From: Alphaproteobacteria bacterium
GTDB taxonomy: Bacteria; Pseudomonadota; Alphaproteobacteria; GCA-2731375
Direction of reading: 5' to 3'
Length of the DNA stretch: 64,000 nucleotides
Assembly (NCBI GenBank): GCA_965225945.1
Contig: CBDDBZ010000035.1
Span: 96,001-160,000 of the forward strand
A program made the position numbers and the translations under genes. Positions 59,114 to 64,000 of the stretch are shown here, piece by piece; the stretch's first letter is position 1; every line of letters begins with the position of its first letter. Below the pieces are notes generated by a model. That model made no database searches, was not told the DNA's origin, and was given only the letters and a program-made list of their open reading frames with translations.

Positions 59114-59306
59114 TTCAGAAATACCTCGAGCACCACAATGCCGATCCAAAACCCTTCGTATGGACCGCTTCCGCCACCGCCATACTCGAAAAAGTCGCTC
59201 GTGGGCGACAGGCGTTAGAGTCGGTACACTAGGTCCTTGGCCCCAGGTCCTTGGCCGGGTCAGCCCGGAGCCAGCCGGTCGAGGCGCAGGCGATGGCGGG
59301 CGTCGG

Positions 59307-59800
59307 TCAGTCGGTGGACGCCCACCAGGACAGCGAAACCCGCGCCGAGGTCGGCTCATCCAGCAACAGAACGCGCGGCGCGCGCTCCACTGCGCGCAAC
59401 AGGGCCAATCGCTGTCGCTCGCCGGTGGAGATGGCATCGACCATCGCCTCGCCGATGGCTCCGGGCAACAGCAACGCCGCCGCGCTGGCCCGGAGCGCCG
59501 GCCAATCCTCGAAGTGGTCCCCGACCCGATCGGCCCACCAGCCGGCATCGGCGGCGAGATAGCCGACCGACGCGCGCCATTGCGGCCCACTCATCTCGTC
59601 GCGCGCGCGACCGTCGAGTCGTCGCGCGCGCGACCGTCGAGGCTGATTTCGCCCACCGTGGGGTCGAGGTCCGCGAGCGCGCGAAGCAGCAGGGTCTTGC
59701 CGCTGCCCGAGCGGCCGCGAACGGCCAGGCATTCACCTCGAGCGAGCTCGAAGGAACTCGGCTGGAGGCCCGGTCGGGCGAGGTCTCGCACCTGCGGCAC
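59307..59800 (-). pseudogene. FetA/YbbL-like ABC ATPase pseudogene
   Basis: GRSGSGKTLLLRALADLDP, then a 23-bp tandem duplication (59596-59641) shifts the frame to WRASVGY...ISTGERQRLALLRA...LLLDEPTSA. C-terminus degraded. Confidence 0.8.
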
Positions 59801-59929
59801 GTTTGGCCACCGATAGCGTGTTTGGACACGGGCGTAGGCTTGCAGCATAGCGCCGATTGCGCTTTGCTCGCCGCGCTGATTGCGCCGATTGCGCTTTGAG
59901 GAGATCGGGAACCGAGGAGGAGACACGCC

Positions 59930-60823
59930 ATGGCCAAGCAGACGATCGCCGTCCTCAGCCCCGGCGATATGGGGCATGCCGTCGGCCGGGCCCTGATCGC
60001 GGGTGGGCACCGGGCCGTTACCTGTCTCGCCGGGCGGAGCGAGCGAACCCGGAGGCTCGCGGCGAAGGGCGGGCTGGAGGATCTCCGGGATCTCGACACG
60101 GTGGTGGGAAATGCCGATCTGGTGCTGTCGATCCTGCCGCCCGCGGATGCGCCCGTGCTGGCGCGGGCGGTGGCCGAGGCGATGGGGCGGACCGGCGCGC
60201 GCCCGCTCTATGCCGACTGCAACGCCGTCGCGCCGACCACCGTCGCCGGCATTGCCGACACGATTCGGAACGCCGGCGCCCCCTTCATCGACGCCGGCAT
60301 CATCGGTGCCGCCCCCGGCAAGGGAACACCGACCCGCTTCTACGTCAGCGGGCCGGACACGGGGCCCATGGAAGCATTGCAGGTGCCCGAGATTTGGGTG
60401 AAGCCGCTCGGGCCCGAGATCGGTCGCGCCTCGGCGATCAAGATGTGTTACGCCTCGATGACCAAGGGGACCAACGCACTCCATGTCGCGGTGCTGACGG
60501 CGGCCGAACGTCTGGGCCTCGCGGCGGAGCTGCGCGAGGAGTTCGAGTTCTCTCAGAAGGCGACGCTCGACAAGATGGCTGCGGTGGTGCCGTTTCTGCC
60601 CGCCGACGCGGCGCGCTGGGTCGGCGAGATGTGGGAGATCGCCGAGACCTACCGCGCTGCCGGCCTGCCGCCCGGCTTCCACGAGGGCGCGGCCGCCGTC
60701 TTCGAGCTGCTGGCGGCGACGCCCTTCGCCCAGGAGACGCGGGAGACTCTGGACCGCGGCCGAACCTTGGATGCCGCCGTCCGCGTCTTCGCCGCGACCC
60801 GAGCGCAAGCCGCCGAGGAATAG
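59930..60823 (+). CDS. NAD(P)-dependent oxidoreductase (6PGD/HIBADH-like, DUF1932-type)
   Basis: VLSPGDMGHAVG, DCNAVAP, DAGIIG, ASAIKMCYASMTKG, RWVGEMWEIA. SD GAGGAG. Confidence 0.88.
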   Translation: MAKQTIAVLSPGDMGHAVGRALIAGGHRAVTCLAGRSERTRRLAAKGGLEDLRDLDTVVGNADLVLSILPPADAPVLARAVAEAMGRTGARPLYADCNAVAPTTVAGIADTIRNAGAPFIDAGIIGAAPGKGTPTRFYVSGPDTGPMEALQVPEIWVKPLGPEIGRASAIKMCYASMTKGTNALHVAVLTAAERLGLAAELREEFEFSQKATLDKMAAVVPFLPADAARWVGEMWEIAETYRAAGLPPGFHEGAAAVFELLAATPFAQETRETLDRGRTLDAAVRVFAATRAQAAEE

Positions 60824-60944
60824 CGCGAGCCCGCCGCGCCGCGCCCGCGAAACCGGAGGTCGTCGAGACCGTCCGCGGCGCGGGCTAGTGAATTCTATCC
60901 ACTAGATCCTCGTGTCGGACGAAGGGGGATGAAGCAAGACGACC

Positions 60945-61634
60945 CTACCGCGCCGTCGTCAGGGTCCATTGGACCGAGCGGCGCAGGACCTTGCCGAGCG
61001 CGGCATCGAAGGCGGTGATCACCGCGTCCATCGAGTTCGCGCTGGCCTGCGCCGTCGCCTCGAAGTTCTCGGAGGCGATGATGGTCCGTCGCGGCTGCTT
61101 GATCAGCTTGGCGTTGAGGCGAACCCGCACGAGCGGCGGCGCGCCCTCGCTCGCGTATTCGGCCTGGAATTCGCGCAGCTCGCTCTTCAGGTTGAAGTCG
61201 GAGCGCAGGCCAATCGCCTGGCGGCCGACGGCGACGATGTTGCCGCTGTTCTCGAAGCTTTCGACCAGCAAGGTTTGGACCATGCGCGGCGCCCGCGCGG
61301 TCCACTGCACCCCGGCGAAGTAGTCGAGCCGCATGGGACCGGTGCGGAGCGCGATCCGGGCGACGTTGAGCCCGCCGGCGGCCAGCGGTTCCTCGACCAC
61401 GAGCTGCCAGGCGACCGGGCGGATCGAATTATCGAATGTGCTCTTGGGCGTCAGTGTGTAGAGGTTCGGCGGCGGACCGCTCCCCGGGAGCAAGCCCTCG
61501 CAGGCGGCGAGCCCGCCCAACAGGCCCGCGAGCACCAGCACTCGCGCCCACCGAGCGATCATGAACCGTTCCCGAGCGCTCGAGGCCGAGGCCCATCGCC
61601 ATGAGATCCCGCTCGTCTCGCCTCCCTGCGTCAT
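60945..61634 (-). CDS. ABC-type transport auxiliary lipoprotein (PqiC-like)
   Basis: Lipobox GLAAC, LVVEEP, W..RAP.MVQ..L..SFENSG, ELREFQA. Start is 61634 (overlaps the mlaD stop) or 61562. Confidence 0.85.
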   Translation of the reverse strand: MTQGGETSGISWRWASASSARERFMIARWARVLVLAGLLGGLAACEGLLPGSGPPPNLYTLTPKSTFDNSIRPVAWQLVVEEPLAAGGLNVARIALRTGPMRLDYFAGVQWTARAPRMVQTLLVESFENSGNIVAVGRQAIGLRSDFNLKSELREFQAEYASEGAPPLVRVRLNAKLIKQPRRTIIASENFEATAQASANSMDAVITAFDAALGKVLRRSVQWTLTTAR

Positions 61635-62641
61635 TGGGTCTCCACGCCCCCCCTCTGTCGGCCGAACAGGAACTGCGCCGGATCCTGGCCGATATCGTCC
61701 ATCAGCCGAGTGGCGCTGCCGACCAGGATCCGCGCCTCCTCGACGAACTTGGTGAGCTCGACCAGGCCGTCCGAGGCGAAGACGTCGATCGATTCCCGAT
61801 TGGTCGTGATCACGTCCTCGACCTCGGTGGTCAAGCGGTCGAGGCTCTGGGCCGTGGCGCGAAAGTCGGCCACCAGCAGGCGCAGATCGTTCCCGACCAC
61901 CCCGTCCAGCGTGCCGAGCGTGCCCCGGGTCACCGCCAGGGTCGCGCTCACCTCGTCGATCGCTTCCCTGAACTCCGGCACCAGGGCGCGCAAGTCGGCG
62001 GCCGCCGCCGAGAGATCGGCCGTCATCTTGTTGATGTTGTCGATGGCCGACTCGATCTCCGGTCCCTTCGCCGCGACATGGCGGCTGACGATTTCCACGT
62101 TATCCAGGATATTGGTGAGATGAGCGAGGTTCTTGTCGCTGACCATCAGGACCGCGCGATTGACCAGAATGGCGAAGCGGTCGATCAGCTCCGGCGCGCC
62201 GGTGAAGAGTTCCTGGATCGCGGACGGCATGGAGGCGATTTTCGGCACCTCGCCGGCGCGCGCGGGCGGCCAGAGCAGTTTCTTCTCGGCGCTGCCGCCC
62301 GAGAGCTGAATGTAGGAGACACCGGTGATTCCCTGGAACTCGAGCGAGGCCACCGTGTCCTCGCGTACCGGCGTGTCGGCCCCCAACTCGACGGCCACCA
62401 AGACGCGGCTCAAATTCTCGCGGTCGATCTTGATCCGAGCCACCTCGCCGACGCGGATGCCGTTGAAGCGGACGTCGCCGCCGACGGAGAGGCCGGTGAC
62501 GGCATTGTCGAAGGTGATGTCGTAGGTCGCGACCTGGCGATCGATGTCGATCTTCGCCAGCCAGATCACGAAGCCGAAAAGTCCGGCCACGACCGCCAGG
62601 ACGAAGCAGCCGATAACGACGTGGTTGGCCTTGGTCTCCAT
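61631..62641 (-). CDS. mlaD: MlaD/MCE-family protein
   Basis: METKANHVVIGCFVL, VTGLSVGGDVRFNGIRVGEV, QGITGVSYIQL.GG, C-terminal DPAQFLFG. Confidence 0.92.
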   Translation of the reverse strand: METKANHVVIGCFVLAVVAGLFGFVIWLAKIDIDRQVATYDITFDNAVTGLSVGGDVRFNGIRVGEVARIKIDRENLSRVLVAVELGADTPVREDTVASLEFQGITGVSYIQLSGGSAEKKLLWPPARAGEVPKIASMPSAIQELFTGAPELIDRFAILVNRAVLMVSDKNLAHLTNILDNVEIVSRHVAAKGPEIESAIDNINKMTADLSAAAADLRALVPEFREAIDEVSATLAVTRGTLGTLDGVVGNDLRLLVADFRATAQSLDRLTTEVEDVITTNRESIDVFASDGLVELTKFVEEARILVGSATRLMDDIGQDPAQFLFGRQRGGVETQ

Positions 62642-62656
62642 CGCCCGGACGCCGCT

Positions 62657-63509
62657 TCAGTCCGCCATGGCCGGAACGCTATCGTTCCCGGGGCCATCGT
62701 TCCCGGCGCCGGCGGCCATCGTGTCCTGGGCCGCGCGGGCCCGGGGTCCGTGGAAGTATTCGTGCACCCAGGGGTGCGTCACCCGCAACATTTCCGCCAT
62801 CGGTCCCACGACGAGCACGCGATTTTCCGCCAGCACGGCGATTCGATCGCAGACAGCCCAGCACGGCGATTCGATCGCAGACAGCATAGAGCGTGTCGAG
62901 GTCGTGCGTCACCATCATCACCGTGAGGCCCAGGTTGCGCTGCAGGCGGCGGATCAGTTGGTCGAAGGCGGCCGCGCCGATCGGGTCGAGGCCTGCCGTC
63001 GGCTCGTCGAGGAACAGCAGGTCCGGATCCAGCGCCAGGGCCCGGGCGAGGCCGGCCCGCTTACGCATCCCGCCGGAGAGCTCCGAGGGAAACTTCGAGC
63101 CCGCCTCGCCCGGCAGGCCGGCCATGGCGATCTTCAGCGCCGCGATCTCGTCCATCAACGATTGCCCCAGCCTCAGATGCTCGCGCAGCGGCACCTGCAC
63201 GTTCTGCGTCACGGTGAGCGAGCTGAATAGCGCGCCGTCCTGGAACAGGACCCCCCAGCGGGTTTCGATCCGCCGACGCTGGGCCGGCTTCGCCTTGCCC
63301 ATGTCGAGGCCGAAGACCTCGATCGTGCCCGCGACCGGCCGGTTGAGGCCGACGATAGTGCGCAGCAACACGGACTTGCCGGTGCCAGAGCCGCCGACGA
63401 TGGCCAGAATTTCGCCTTTGGCGACGTCGAGATCCAGTCCGTCGTGCACCACCTGCGAGCCGAACTGATTGCGCAGTCCCCGGACGCGAATGATCGGCTG
63501 CTCGCTCAC
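62657..63509 (-). pseudogene. mlaF: MlaF-type ABC ATPase frameshifted by a 28-bp tandem duplication
   Basis: GGSGTGKS, PSELSGGMRKR, DEPTAGLDP, VTHDLD. CCAGCACGGCGATTCGATCGCAGACAGC occurs twice at 62830-62885; removing one copy gives 274 aa including HPWVHEYFHGPR. Confidence 0.88.
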
Positions 63510-63593
63510 GCTCCGCCTCCCTTCAACATCGATCGCGCCCGCCCGCTTTCCCCCCCCTGCCGCTTTCCCGGTTCGCCTCGAACATGAAACCCG

Positions 63594-64000
63594 CTAGACC
63601 CCCACGGTCGAGAAGAAGACGGAAAACAGCGCGTCGGCGACGATGACGAGGAACAGCGAGGTGACCACGGCGCGGGTGGTCTGGCGGCCGACGCTCTCGG
63701 CGCTGCCGGAGACGCGGAAGCCCTCGAGGCAGCCGACGATGGCGATGATCACGCCGAACACCGGCGCCTTGATCATGCCGGTCCAGAAGCTCCAGATACC
63801 GACCGCATCGCCCAGGCGTTCGAGATAGACCGTGGGCGCGATGTCCAGCACGGCCCAAGTCATGATACCGCCGCCCAAGAGCCCCATCATGTCGGCGAAA
63901 AAGGCGAGCAACGGCAGGGCAATGGCGAGCGCCAGGAGGCGCGGCAGCACCAGCACCTCCATCGGGTCGAGACCGAGCGTGCGCATCGCGTCGACTTCCT
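63594..64000 (-). CDS. mlaE: MlaE-family ABC permease (5' partial)
   Basis: EVDAMRTLGLDP...LVLPR, KAPVFG, GSAESVG..TT.AVV.SLF.VIV.DA.F. Confidence 0.92.
   Translation of the reverse strand, partial: EVDAMRTLGLDPMEVLVLPRLLALAIALPLLAFFADMMGLLGGGIMTWAVLDIAPTVYLERLGDAVGIWSFWTGMIKAPVFGVIIAIVGCLEGFRVSGSAESVGRQTTRAVVTSLFLVIVADALFSVFFSTVGV

Larger units (their letters stand above)
57060..59229 (+). mobile_element. IS630-family element interrupted by an IS1595-family IS
   Basis: Ends (TA)GTGTTCCGATCCTAAC / GTTAGAGTCGGTACAC(TA) with a TA duplication. Transposase 57117-58088 (VDEKSQIQAL, HDYKRHGT, DNYATHK, SWLSQVE) resumes at 59122-59232 (YLEHHNADPKPFVWT). Confidence 0.93.

Overview
High-GC (roughly 70% by eye) alphaproteobacterial chromosome segment, Rhodospirillales-like by gene content. 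I found no rRNA, tRNA or CRISPR array. 1-49 kb is mostly intact metabolic and housekeeping genes: two hydantoinase/oxoprolinase A/B pairs, comM, a heterodimeric ABC exporter, hppD-hmgA-fahA plus a formyl-CoA-transferase-like gene, marR-hlyD, mtnA, ettA, a two-component pair, an acyl-CoA ligase, an orphan tadG-tadE-tadE cassette and a lipid-biosynthesis-like neighbourhood. 49.5-59.8 kb is a decayed mosaic: two IS1595-family elements with clear inverted repeats (IRs) and 8-bp target-site duplications (TSDs), an interrupted IS630, IS21/IS5/RAYT/ureG/oppD fragments, REP/MITE-like repeats and several local duplications. The window ends in an mlaE-mlaF-mlaD-lipoprotein operon whose ATPase is frameshifted by a 28-bp tandem duplication. 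Best candidates for new biology: (1) a PilZ domain fused in frame to 4-hydroxyphenylpyruvate dioxygenase, with a perfect CtrA box in its upstream intergenic region; (2) a translationally coupled SPT/AONS-family enzyme plus a eukaryote-type KDSR-like reductase; (3) a nearby FGGY kinase / CDP-alcohol phosphotransferase / SyrD-type exporter / CdsA-like / exostosin-like module that may make an undescribed phospho(glyco)lipid. All product calls come from recognising motifs by eye; no database searches were run.
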